A stretch of 64,000 nucleotides of DNA from the IMG/VR virus record IMGVR_UViG_3300014050_000004, positions 54,466-118,465 of that record. The stretch is one strand, 5' to 3'. The position numbers and the translations under genes are program-made. Below are positions 18,797-26,940 of this stretch, piece after piece. The notes beneath the pieces were generated by a model. The model was not told where the DNA came from. It did no database searches and worked only from the letters and a program-made list of their open reading frames with translations. The stretch's first letter is position 1, and every line of letters starts with the position of its first letter. The stretch comes from a virus.

Positions 18797-19273
18797 TCAG
18801 TAGATCCCATTGTCAACAACAAGGTTGTCAAATTGGTCTAGTACGATTCTCTTTGTCATGAGGTCAGAGTCGGACAAAGACGCGAACTTTTGAGATATTG
18901 AAGAGGGGTTGATCCCGTTGGCGTAGTTGTACTTGATGTTCGTGAGATAGCTACGGGGAGCGTTAACACCGTTTTGAGCATCGACTGTGGGATTTTGTGC
19001 AGGGTCAAACCCAAAGGACCATAACCCTGTAACTACCTTGGACCCTGAAATTGGGGATCCGGAAATAAAAGTACCGTTAGGAGCTAAATTCGGTTGGCTA
19101 GTGCCAAGTGTGACGTACCTTGTGTCTAGTCCATTAGAACCTTTAGTTACAAGAGATTCCAACCCAAGAGGATCAAAGTGCCAGTCCAGGTCCTGACCGT
19201 CAAAGTATAACTTTTTCGCCCCATTGAGCCACTTGCTGGTTACTACAACCGCATGTCCAAAAGTAGTCTTCAT
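18797..19273 (-). CDS. Putative tail/fibre-associated structural protein
   Basis: In the tail module; GGGTATA 25 nt upstream. Confidence 0.5.
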   Translation of the reverse strand: MKTTFGHAVVVTSKWLNGAKKLYFDGQDLDWHFDPLGLESLVTKGSNGLDTRYVTLGTSQPNLAPNGTFISGSPISGSKVVTGLWSFGFDPAQNPTVDAQNGVNAPRSYLTNIKYNYANGINPSSISQKFASLSDSDLMTKRIVLDQFDNLVVDNGIY

Positions 19274-19298
19274 TAACGCTCCTGCTACCAGTTACGGT

Positions 19299-19305
19299 TA
19301 TACCC
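19299..19305 (-). promoter_or_regulatory. GGGTAWR putative late-promoter element
   Basis: GGGTATA, just after the terminator, 25 nt upstream of ATG 19273. Confidence 0.5.
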
Positions 19306-19307
19306 TT

Positions 19308-19337
19308 AAACAAAAAGAGCCCCGCAATGCGAGGCTC
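19308..19337 (-). terminator. Intrinsic terminator after tail tube gene
   Basis: GAGCCTCGC-ATT-GCGGGGCTC-TTTTTGTTT on the minus strand. Confidence 0.85.
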
Positions 19338-19359
19338 GATGAACAATTGTATTAACGAA

Positions 19360-19803
19360 TCAAGTTCTGTCCCAAGAGTTGACTGTGAACTCAACTTCAA
19401 TCTCCTGAACATCTCCGCTTTCGCGGTCTACTTCAGCAGTGTTGATGGAGACGAATCTGCACCCGTAGCAGGTGTATTCTCCTCCAGTTGGAGCTGAGCC
19501 GTTGCCTATGCAATCTCTTGGAGTCACAGTGATAGTGATTTCCTGGCAGTTGTACTGAAGCCAAAAGACTTCTAACTGTTTGTAGATTGTAGGGTCGTAA
19601 GGGGCAGTCAAGGTGACGTTGTCAGCTGTCCTGGGCCCTGTGACTTTGTACAATCTGTTTCCAGTCCCATTTGCATAGGTGCTATCATCTGAGGAGTCCT
19701 TAATTCCGCTGAATTTTGTGAAAACAGCGATCAAGGTTGGCCCTCCGGGAGCCACAAAGGACACCTCGTATTGAGCCTTTGTAATCGGTCTAAGAAAAGC
19801 CAT
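19360..19803 (-). CDS. Tail tube protein
   Basis: FTKFSGI...VTGPRTADNVTLTAPYDP...DVQEIEVEFTV, gp19-like tube pattern; AAGGAGG Shine-Dalgarno upstream. Confidence 0.8.
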   Translation of the reverse strand: MAFLRPITKAQYEVSFVAPGGPTLIAVFTKFSGIKDSSDDSTYANGTGNRLYKVTGPRTADNVTLTAPYDPTIYKQLEVFWLQYNCQEITITVTPRDCIGNGSAPTGGEYTCYGCRFVSINTAEVDRESGDVQEIEVEFTVNSWDRT

Positions 19804-19832
19804 TTAAGTACCTCCTTGTGTGTCCTTCCCAA

Positions 19833-20888
19833 TCAGGAAAGGATGTCGGAGATCATAGCGCCTGAACCGATGAGTCCGCTGGCACCGAGGCCAACCAAGT
19901 TAACCACTCGCTCAATTGTGATCTCAGCACGAACCACTCTACGCTCACGAATGTAGTACTCAGGGCGTACGGAAGGTGTGCCAGTCAACTGATAGGTGTA
20001 TGCGAAAGCTGGGGTTGCAGCGTTTGCTCCACCTGCAGGCATGATCGAGTCGGAAGGACCGCTTGGGCTGTAGAACAGAAGGATTCCGTTGCTTGGGAAC
20101 ACAGGCTTCAGAGAACCGTCTACATCCAGGTATCTGCCCTCAGCAACACGCAGACCTCTCTCAAGACCGAAGTAACGTGCGAGCACGTCAGTGTCGATCG
20201 AGTCGGCGCTGGTGTACTTGATACGATCAAGGATAGTGGTGTTGGTCAACAGTTGGTCAAAGACAGCTGTTCCAAGGACGCAAGAGTTGGGGCGGATGCC
20301 GATCTGGTTAGCGACGGAACGCTTGAGAGCCAAGACGTCTTCGATTGGGTTGGCAGAAACGTTGGACCATGCGCCAGGGCCGGTAAAGTTGTTACCGTAG
20401 GCAGTGTTGAAGCTAGTCCAAGTTTGGAATCCGAGACCGGTCTGAGTGCTGGCTCCGGTGTTTGGCTCGTAGGGGTTGTAAGAACCGGTAACTGTGATAG
20501 CTTGAGCAACAGTGTACTCATAGCTATTCATCAGCCTGGACATTGCGTTTCTGGTTTCGATCGCCCTCAGGTCAACCTGTGCAGGTCCCTCTCCCGCGTT
20601 CTCAATTACCTCTTCAGGGAGTTCCCAAGCCACAACTTCCTGTTCCAGAGCGTAGGGCTCAGAGTCGTAACGGCTCTGTACGTAAGGAATGTTGGCTCCG
20701 TAGGAACGACGGAAGTCGCTAACTGCGAACTGCTCCTTTCCAAAGCGGAGGATGCGGCCAGCACGAGTTGGGGTGTCCACAACAGGTGCAATGAAGTTTG
20801 CAATGTTGGTTGAGGGAAGGTTGAAACCTTGTGCAAGCGTAGTTAGAATCGGATCTACGCCAGCATAGGTTTGCTGGAGATTCATCAT
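19833..20888 (-). CDS. Major capsid protein (HK97 fold, capsid-E-like)
   Basis: VDPILTTLAQGF...IGIRPNSCVLG...RIKYT...PAFAYTY; strongly biased codons; start moved to MMNLQQ. Confidence 0.85.
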   Translation of the reverse strand: MMNLQQTYAGVDPILTTLAQGFNLPSTNIANFIAPVVDTPTRAGRILRFGKEQFAVSDFRRSYGANIPYVQSRYDSEPYALEQEVVAWELPEEVIENAGEGPAQVDLRAIETRNAMSRLMNSYEYTVAQAITVTGSYNPYEPNTGASTQTGLGFQTWTSFNTAYGNNFTGPGAWSNVSANPIEDVLALKRSVANQIGIRPNSCVLGTAVFDQLLTNTTILDRIKYTSADSIDTDVLARYFGLERGLRVAEGRYLDVDGSLKPVFPSNGILLFYSPSGPSDSIMPAGGANAATPAFAYTYQLTGTPSVRPEYYIRERRVVRAEITIERVVNLVGLGASGLIGSGAMISDILS

Positions 20889-20964
20889 AACGATGTACCG
20901 TAAAATTAAAGTGACTTCAAAGATTGGTTTCCCAATCTGACTCTTTTTCAAGAATCACAAAGAT

Positions 20965-20971
20965 TATACCC
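20965..20971 (-). promoter_or_regulatory. GGGTAWR putative late-promoter element (capsid gene)
   Basis: GGGTATA(AT) immediately downstream of the terminator; 76-nt distance to ATG. Confidence 0.45.
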
Positions 20972-20987
20972 CAATTTTTCAGGCAAT

Positions 20988-21013
20988 AAAAAACCCCGGA
21001 GTGGAATCCGGGG
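20988..21013 (-). terminator. Intrinsic terminator
   Basis: CCCCGGA-TTCCAC-TCCGGGG-TTTTTT on the minus strand. Confidence 0.85.
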
Positions 21014-21036
21014 CTTGAGCGAAACTGTAAATCAGA

Positions 21037-21531
21037 TCACTTAAAAGAAACAAGGACGTACTGGTTGGGTCCGATGTCAATGATGTCTCGGATGAGTGGG
21101 GTGGTACCGCCAGATGTAACGGCATTTGCACCGTCGGAAGCCAGACCGTAGTTGTTGATTCTCAGTTGGGTGTTGAGGTCGGCAGCTTCGAACTTAGCTG
21201 TCGAGTCAACCTTAACAAGCAAAGATCCGGAAGTAGCTACGGTAACTTGTCGAGCGGTGTAAGGCTGCTCGGTGGAAGTTGGGATGTAGATTTGGCTAAC
21301 TCCAACAGCGGCATAAGCAGGAGTGGCAAGGTCGGCGGGCAAGCAGACCTGGTTGGAACCGGCGTAACCGGCGGGAACAACAACTGAAAACTCAGGGATG
21401 TCCACAGTGCCGACGGTGGTTCCTTTTGCAACTGCCCTTGGTGAAGCAGCTTGAGAATTGGAAGCAGCTTGCCAAGTTTCAGAATACCTGATGTACTGCT
21501 TTCCGTAGATGGGCTCGATGTTCAGTGACAT
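21037..21531 (-). CDS. Capsid decoration/cement-like protein
   Basis: Small Ala/Gly/Thr-rich beta protein immediately upstream of the MCP gene (DUF2190-like position and pattern). Confidence 0.6.
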   Translation of the reverse strand: MSLNIEPIYGKQYIRYSETWQAASNSQAASPRAVAKGTTVGTVDIPEFSVVVPAGYAGSNQVCLPADLATPAYAAVGVSQIYIPTSTEQPYTARQVTVATSGSLLVKVDSTAKFEAADLNTQLRINNYGLASDGANAVTSGGTTPLIRDIIDIGPNQYVLVSFK

Positions 21532-21603
21532 AATATTGTCTAGTAAGGTTTGCGTTTATTGTTTTCTCTAGGAATGGTTTTTCACCTAGCTAAGTTACTA
21601 ATG

Positions 21604-21610
21604 TTTACCC
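21604..21610 (-). promoter_or_regulatory. GGGTAWR putative late-promoter element
   Basis: GGGTAAA overlapping the upstream stop; 72 nt to ATG 21531. Confidence 0.4.
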
Positions 21611-22272
21611 TATCTGTATTCAATTCGGCAGCGGCACCGGTCATAGCAGCGGCACTCTCTGCCCGGCATAGGTAGGGATCCTAGTGTCTGCCACCCGAGA
21701 GAGGAAAAGTGCTTACAGTCTTCGCAAGTCTTTTGATCAAGCACTGCAATCCTCCTCATTTCTTTATAACCTTGGTCACTCTTGTTGAAAAAGTTTCCGA
21801 GTTGAAAGAAAGAATAGGTAGGTGTAGAGAGATATCTCATGACTCGAGAAAGCAGCCCTCCCCATGACATCCTTTTTGGGGAGCTTTCCTCGAAATCTGT
21901 GTCTCCCTCCCTAGGCTCAATCAGACCAAGTTCAAGTGAGATTTGAGTTTGGCTCAAAAAAGTATGCAAGGGTGGCAGCATGTCCCCGATGATTATGGGC
22001 CAGCTTTTGTCAAGAACCCTTTGAGAGTTGTCGGAAGAGCCGAGAATTGCTGAGGCGAGAGCAGATATAATACTCTGCTCTACCAAAGACCTCTCGTATT
22101 CTTCCCACCTTATCCTGCCATCCCTCAGATTACCAACAATCTCCTTAGATTGTCCTTCCATCATTTCCTCGAGTTTGTTCAAACTCTGAGTCTTTTTGGC
22201 CAAGTCTTGAGCCTGAGAGAAAAGATCTCCCTTCCTCTTCGTCACCTGAGCAACTAAGGAAAGGAGATCCAT
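21610..22272 (-). CDS. Head morphogenesis protein (Mu gpF/SPP1 gp7-like)
   Basis: C-terminal EMRRIAVLDQKTCEDC...PGRECRCYDRCRC. Confidence 0.7.
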   Translation of the reverse strand: MDLLSLVAQVTKRKGDLFSQAQDLAKKTQSLNKLEEMMEGQSKEIVGNLRDGRIRWEEYERSLVEQSIISALASAILGSSDNSQRVLDKSWPIIIGDMLPPLHTFLSQTQISLELGLIEPREGDTDFEESSPKRMSWGGLLSRVMRYLSTPTYSFFQLGNFFNKSDQGYKEMRRIAVLDQKTCEDCKHFSSLGWQTLGSLPMPGRECRCYDRCRCRIEYR

Positions 22273-24768
22273 TCACTTGTTTCCGTTGTTCCAGAGGCAA
22301 ATCTTGATAGCCTCAACATAATCAGCGGCTTCCCCATTAGCAACCATCTTGAGCGCCTTCTCATGTGGATCCATCTCTTCTGGTTCCTCTGGGATAGAAG
22401 CCTCTGAGACAACTTCGCCGAAATAAACCATGTTTGGCAATCTTCGAAGCATCTCAAACAACCTTGAGGTTGGGGTTTCACCTTCTGAGAAGTTAAGAGT
22501 CCCAAATTCGAGACCTTCGCAGTAGTTCTGAAGCTCTCTTTGAGGGATGATCCCATCAGTGAGCTTGCCTTCCACGTACAAACTGTCAATGAACTCGGCA
22601 ATTTTTTCTTTGCGAGCTCTGATCTTGTGCTCCTCGTATTCTCTTCTCAGCTTGTCATTTTCGGCCTTGAGAGACTTCAATTCCTCAAACATGGCTTCCG
22701 GATACCCGACTGGCTTGGCTTGAGACATAGACCCCATGCCACAGAACTCTTCGGTCTCGGAGAATTCCTCCTCTTCTGCAATCTGAGCCATAACGGAATC
22801 CACCAGAGCTTCGATGTCTTCCTCCGAGAAGTCTTCTCCTTCCTCTTCTCCTTCCTCTTCCTCCTCCATCACAGGGGATCTTTGCCCATAGGTGGAACCT
22901 TTACCGGTCTTTGACAGAGTGTCTTTGACTCTCTCTTTGTGCTCCAGGGAAGCCTCTTCTCCGGATCGCTGGCGAATGATTCTTACCTTGTCGCTTTCGG
23001 TTGCGTTTTCGAGGTCAACAGCCAGCTCCATGGTATCAGGATCTTCCTCAGATCGATCAGGGAACTCGGTAGGACCGTCGTCTCTGCCTCTTGGGTCTGT
23101 ACCATCAGAAACTTTAGCCTTCCTTGGGGTATCAGTCAGACCGTCAGCGTCTCCTTCAGCGAAATCTCCAATTGGACCTCCCTTAACCGGTGCTCTTTCG
23201 TCACCGGAGGACTGGTGAATGACCCGAGCAACTTTGTTGCCCTTTGTGCTTTCAAGGGGCACAGCAATGTCCTCATCATGGGGCTCTTCCTCCATGTCCT
23301 CCGAGACCTCTGTGGGACCACCGTCTCTACCATGAGGTTCCTTGCCTTCTGAAGTCCCAGCATCTCTGGCAAATCCCTCATTCCCGACATTGTATTGATC
23401 GGAATTTGTTGCTCTCATTCTGGCTTCGGGTTGGTCGGCCCAACGTGCCTCTTCATCCCCTCCGTCTTCCGTGTCTCTGCCAATGCTCGCTCTGCTTACC
23501 TCTTCTTCAGAGTTGCGAGCTGTGTTTTTTCTATCCTGGTCTTGTCTGCCAGAATCCTTGGAAACATTGGTTCTGCCGTCAGATTCACCCTTGCCAATTT
23601 TCTGCCTGTCACCGAAACTGTCATCCTTGGACCTTCCAGTCAGACCCCTTCCAGCCACGTCCTCCATTCTTTCTGGCTCATGGGTGCCGAACTTAACCTT
23701 GCCACCTTCTACTGTTTTATGAGAAACTCTCTCAGAAAACTCGTCCTCAATTTCATCGAGTTGGGACAGCAGGGAATCTACAAGGTTGTCAATGTCATCT
23801 TCGGAGAATTCCCCGTCTTCTTGTTCCATGTCCATGTCCATCTCACTCTCGACCTTTTTCTTCGGCTTGCTCTTCGCTCTGAGCTTGTGAGACTTTGCCT
23901 TAGGCTTAGGCTCTGCGGGGACTTCCTCAAACACCTCTTCAACAACCTGAACTTCGTGTCCGTGAGCTCCTTTGGCTGTTTTGCGTTCTGTCCTCTCCTC
24001 GTACTGGTCGTCTGGAAGCATGGTTTCCATGTTAGCTGTGGTCTGGGCGGATTCTGAAGCTTCAGATCCTTCTCGCCCCATTTTCTTTTTCATTTCAAGA
24101 AAGTTTTGGTAAGGGTTTTCTGGGGCGGAGCTGTCCGCCTCGGGAATTGTTTCTTCTGGAGATACATCTGTCTCTTGCTGTGTTTCCTGGTTTTCCTTGA
24201 GTTCCGACAAAGACGACGAGATGTCTCCCCTTATCAACTCAAGTTTCTCTCTCAGAGTCTCCAAAGGTCCTTTATCGGCCACCAAAGAAGGTCCTAATTC
24301 TTTGTCAAATAACTGATCAGGAGTCAAGTTTGTGGCAAAGTTGAACACTCCTTCTTCTTCTGAGAAGGAGAAAGGTTCCAGCCCTTTAACGGCTGGGGGA
24401 GCAGCTCCAAGTAAGGCCAAATGTCTGGCGCTCCATTGACCTTTGTGAGGGTTGATGCCCGACTCAGGCGAGTAGAAGGATATAGAAACTTTTTTGTAGT
24501 GGCCATTTTTCACCAGATCTTTAGCAGTATCCGTGAAATCTACATCGGCGTAGAGGTCATCTCCCCTTCTTTCAAAACCTTTGATCCACCCATATGAGGG
24601 TATACCGTCACTGTCACCAGAATGACCTATGACTAAAGGTGCTTCGTGAACATCAGGGTCGTAGGAATCAACAACCTCTTGCAGATCTTCACGAGAAAAG
24701 TGTCTTTCTACCCCATTGGCAGAAGTTTGGGGGCCTGACTTAAATACATGCAAACGTTTTGTAAACAC
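22273..24768 (-). CDS. Prohead protease (Mu gp32/I-like) fused to a long acidic scaffold
   Basis: APLVIGH...YGWIK...YKKVSISFY...RHLALLGAAPPAVKGL; followed by ~690 acidic aa with internal repeats and a coiled coil. Confidence 0.85.
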   Translation of the reverse strand: MFTKRLHVFKSGPQTSANGVERHFSREDLQEVVDSYDPDVHEAPLVIGHSGDSDGIPSYGWIKGFERRGDDLYADVDFTDTAKDLVKNGHYKKVSISFYSPESGINPHKGQWSARHLALLGAAPPAVKGLEPFSFSEEEGVFNFATNLTPDQLFDKELGPSLVADKGPLETLREKLELIRGDISSSLSELKENQETQQETDVSPEETIPEADSSAPENPYQNFLEMKKKMGREGSEASESAQTTANMETMLPDDQYEERTERKTAKGAHGHEVQVVEEVFEEVPAEPKPKAKSHKLRAKSKPKKKVESEMDMDMEQEDGEFSEDDIDNLVDSLLSQLDEIEDEFSERVSHKTVEGGKVKFGTHEPERMEDVAGRGLTGRSKDDSFGDRQKIGKGESDGRTNVSKDSGRQDQDRKNTARNSEEEVSRASIGRDTEDGGDEEARWADQPEARMRATNSDQYNVGNEGFARDAGTSEGKEPHGRDGGPTEVSEDMEEEPHDEDIAVPLESTKGNKVARVIHQSSGDERAPVKGGPIGDFAEGDADGLTDTPRKAKVSDGTDPRGRDDGPTEFPDRSEEDPDTMELAVDLENATESDKVRIIRQRSGEEASLEHKERVKDTLSKTGKGSTYGQRSPVMEEEEEGEEEGEDFSEEDIEALVDSVMAQIAEEEEFSETEEFCGMGSMSQAKPVGYPEAMFEELKSLKAENDKLRREYEEHKIRARKEKIAEFIDSLYVEGKLTDGIIPQRELQNYCEGLEFGTLNFSEGETPTSRLFEMLRRLPNMVYFGEVVSEASIPEEPEEMDPHEKALKMVANGEAADYVEAIKICLWNNGNK

Positions 24769-24793
24769 TTTTTACATCATAGCGATAGTATTT

Positions 24794-24800
24794 TTTACCC
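24794..24800 (-). promoter_or_regulatory. GGGTAWR putative late-promoter element
   Basis: GGGTAAA, 25 nt upstream of ATG 24768. Confidence 0.5.
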
Positions 24801-24809
24801 TTATCTCAG

Positions 24810-26240
24810 TCACTCTTCTTCAACAGGAGCTTCTGACTCTGACTCTGTTTCTTCAGCTCCGAAGATGGAATCGTAAAGGTCTTGTTCTTCTTGGGGGATG
24901 TCGTTCTGTGCCTCTTCCCCTACTTCTGACTCATCCCCGAATATGGACTTGTAAAGGTCTTCCCCTTCACCCACTCCGGAAACTTCCTCCTCCCCACTAA
25001 TTTTGTCAGGTTCAATCTCAACTTCCTCCTCAAGCTCAACCCTGAAGTGCCTTTCTATCCACTCTTTCTTGGGTTTGAAGCCAGAGTTTATCATGACAGA
25101 AACATCCGACATGGAGAGATTGGATTCCTCGATCCTAAACTCTCTTTTCAAGGTGGGAGCAACCACATCAGCACCGTAGTTCAGATCTACAATCCAGCGG
25201 ACAAGAGTCCGGGTTAGAAGCTGAGAAGTGATCTCGGATATCTCAGAAGCTTTAACAACTCTTACAACGTTTGCAACCTGAGAAGAAGCTCGAGATCCAG
25301 CCTCTGCCTGGCCAGCTTCATTCTCACCGCATATGAGTAGGCTGATTTCCTTATCAATGTAATCGATCAAGTTTTTGAACACGTCTGGAGAGCCCGTTGG
25401 GTTGATGGAATCCAGAGTGAAACCTTCGGGGAGAACTAGGGATGTTTCCTGGGACAAGTTAGATATGTGGTTCCAAATCTTGTCAACTTCTTCCGGGGAA
25501 GCACTGAGAGGAGCAGTTGCTACGGTCGTTGGGGTAGCGTATCGGTCTCCATACAGAACGTATGACTCGATTGCCCTCCTTCTGAATTTCACAAGAGGGT
25601 AGAGTATTCTTCCTAATCCCGATCCGTACGGATCCCCATTGTGGAAGACCCAGTGCCTGTTAACAATGAATTTTCTTGCAGGTAGCTCAACACCCTCAAA
25701 CATTCGGTTGAAGGTTAGGCATCTCATCGTAAAACCAGTTTGAGACTCTTGGCTTTCTTGAAAGACGAATCTCCTTTGGTCTCTGACGCGAATGTCATAG
25801 GGAACGACTCCCCTCTTCGATTTCTTCCACATTACCTCTGCGACGCTGTATCCCATGATCGCCGCTTCGCACAAACCTTTGTATAGTTCATCTATGGGCA
25901 GCTCTTCTAGAACTTCAGCAACGAAATCCCTGATGGCCAAGTCGCCTGGTTTCTGACTGTATTCCTCAACATACCAAGGTCTAGAGGTTATTTCTTGAAC
26001 AAGTTTTGCAAAGGAAGATTGAACGTGTTCGTCAAAAAACAACCTTTGATAAACTGACAGGGCTCTGTTTCCACCCTTTGCAATCAGCAGATCATCGCTT
26101 GGTCTGACTATGGTGTTTCCTGACCCTGTAAAAGGGGAGGAGCTACCGAACATGTAAATGCTCGATAGATTATACGGGTCCGATACGTAAGAGGCTATCT
26201 CTCCGGAAGGAACTGGTACTGTCTTGAATCTTTGGGGCAC
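24810..26240 (-). CDS. Portal protein (DUF935/Mu gp29-like)
   Basis: GYSVAEVMW...NPYG-like DPYGSGLGRILY...FVLYGDRYATP...IDYIDKEISLLICGEN...GSRASSQV. Confidence 0.9.
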   Translation of the reverse strand: MPQRFKTVPVPSGEIASYVSDPYNLSSIYMFGSSSPFTGSGNTIVRPSDDLLIAKGGNRALSVYQRLFFDEHVQSSFAKLVQEITSRPWYVEEYSQKPGDLAIRDFVAEVLEELPIDELYKGLCEAAIMGYSVAEVMWKKSKRGVVPYDIRVRDQRRFVFQESQESQTGFTMRCLTFNRMFEGVELPARKFIVNRHWVFHNGDPYGSGLGRILYPLVKFRRRAIESYVLYGDRYATPTTVATAPLSASPEEVDKIWNHISNLSQETSLVLPEGFTLDSINPTGSPDVFKNLIDYIDKEISLLICGENEAGQAEAGSRASSQVANVVRVVKASEISEITSQLLTRTLVRWIVDLNYGADVVAPTLKREFRIEESNLSMSDVSVMINSGFKPKKEWIERHFRVELEEEVEIEPDKISGEEEVSGVGEGEDLYKSIFGDESEVGEEAQNDIPQEEQDLYDSIFGAEETESESEAPVEEE

Positions 26241-26278
26241 TACTGTTCTCCCTCTATAGTTGATTTTCCATAGTAGAT

Positions 26279-26285
26279 CTTACCC
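26279..26285 (-). promoter_or_regulatory. GGGTAWR putative late-promoter element
   Basis: GGGTAAG, 38 nt upstream of the portal ATG. Confidence 0.4.
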
Positions 26286-26292
26286 GAAGCCA

Positions 26293-26670
26293 TCAACCCA
26301 TCAAGGAGTACTCTAAAGGAGGCTGCGGGGTTCCATCCACTTCGTAAAGTATTCTAACTTTGTACACACCCTCCTCTCCGCCTGTCAACCAATCTCCCTC
26401 AACAGTCAAGGAGGTCAAACCGCTAACATTCTCTCTTATGGAATTTTGGAACTCGGAATTTATAAGCCCAGGGTTGATGATTTCCAGGGTGTGATCTCCA
26501 ACTCCGTAGTCGGCTCTCATGACTCGTTCAAAAAACCGTGTGTCTATCACACTTCTTATCTCTTGAGCCTTAAGATCATAGTCTGTACTCACAGCTAGAT
26601 TGCCATTTTCCACCGTTAGAGGGTACTTGATCCCTCTGATTGAAGGTGAGGAAGTAGTGGGACCGTTCAC
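26293..26670 (-). CDS. Baseplate wedge gp25/gpW-like protein
   Basis: GIKYPL...EIRSVIDTRFFERVMRADYG. Confidence 0.85.
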   Translation of the reverse strand: MNGPTTSSPSIRGIKYPLTVENGNLAVSTDYDLKAQEIRSVIDTRFFERVMRADYGVGDHTLEIINPGLINSEFQNSIRENVSGLTSLTVEGDWLTGGEEGVYKVRILYEVDGTPQPPLEYSLMG

Positions 26671-26939
26671 TTTCTTATGAAGTCTAAGTTGGCTTGGCTG
26701 AGGTTTCTCAGCCTCTTGTTGATGTCTTGTGTTGGCAGTTTACTGCGCATGATCTTCGCCTTTTCTATTTTCATGTCCTCCTTTGACAGAGTCCTGTACA
26801 ATTTCGGGTCCAGGAGGTCTTCTTCCCCACTGAGCAAAGAGAGGCAAAACGCATCCAAGGATGCGCCCTGCCTCATTGCTCTTTCCGACAGTTGCTGAAA
26901 GAAAGACTCTGACACTTGTAGTTTGATTTCTCTATCCAT
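26667..26939 (-). CDS. Small protein, ribbon-helix-helix-like N-terminus
   Basis: REIKLQVSESFFQQLSERAMRQGASLDAFCLSLL. Confidence 0.45.
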   Translation of the reverse strand: MDREIKLQVSESFFQQLSERAMRQGASLDAFCLSLLSGEEDLLDPKLYRTLSKEDMKIEKAKIMRSKLPTQDINKRLRNLSQANLDFIRK

Positions 26940-26940
26940 T

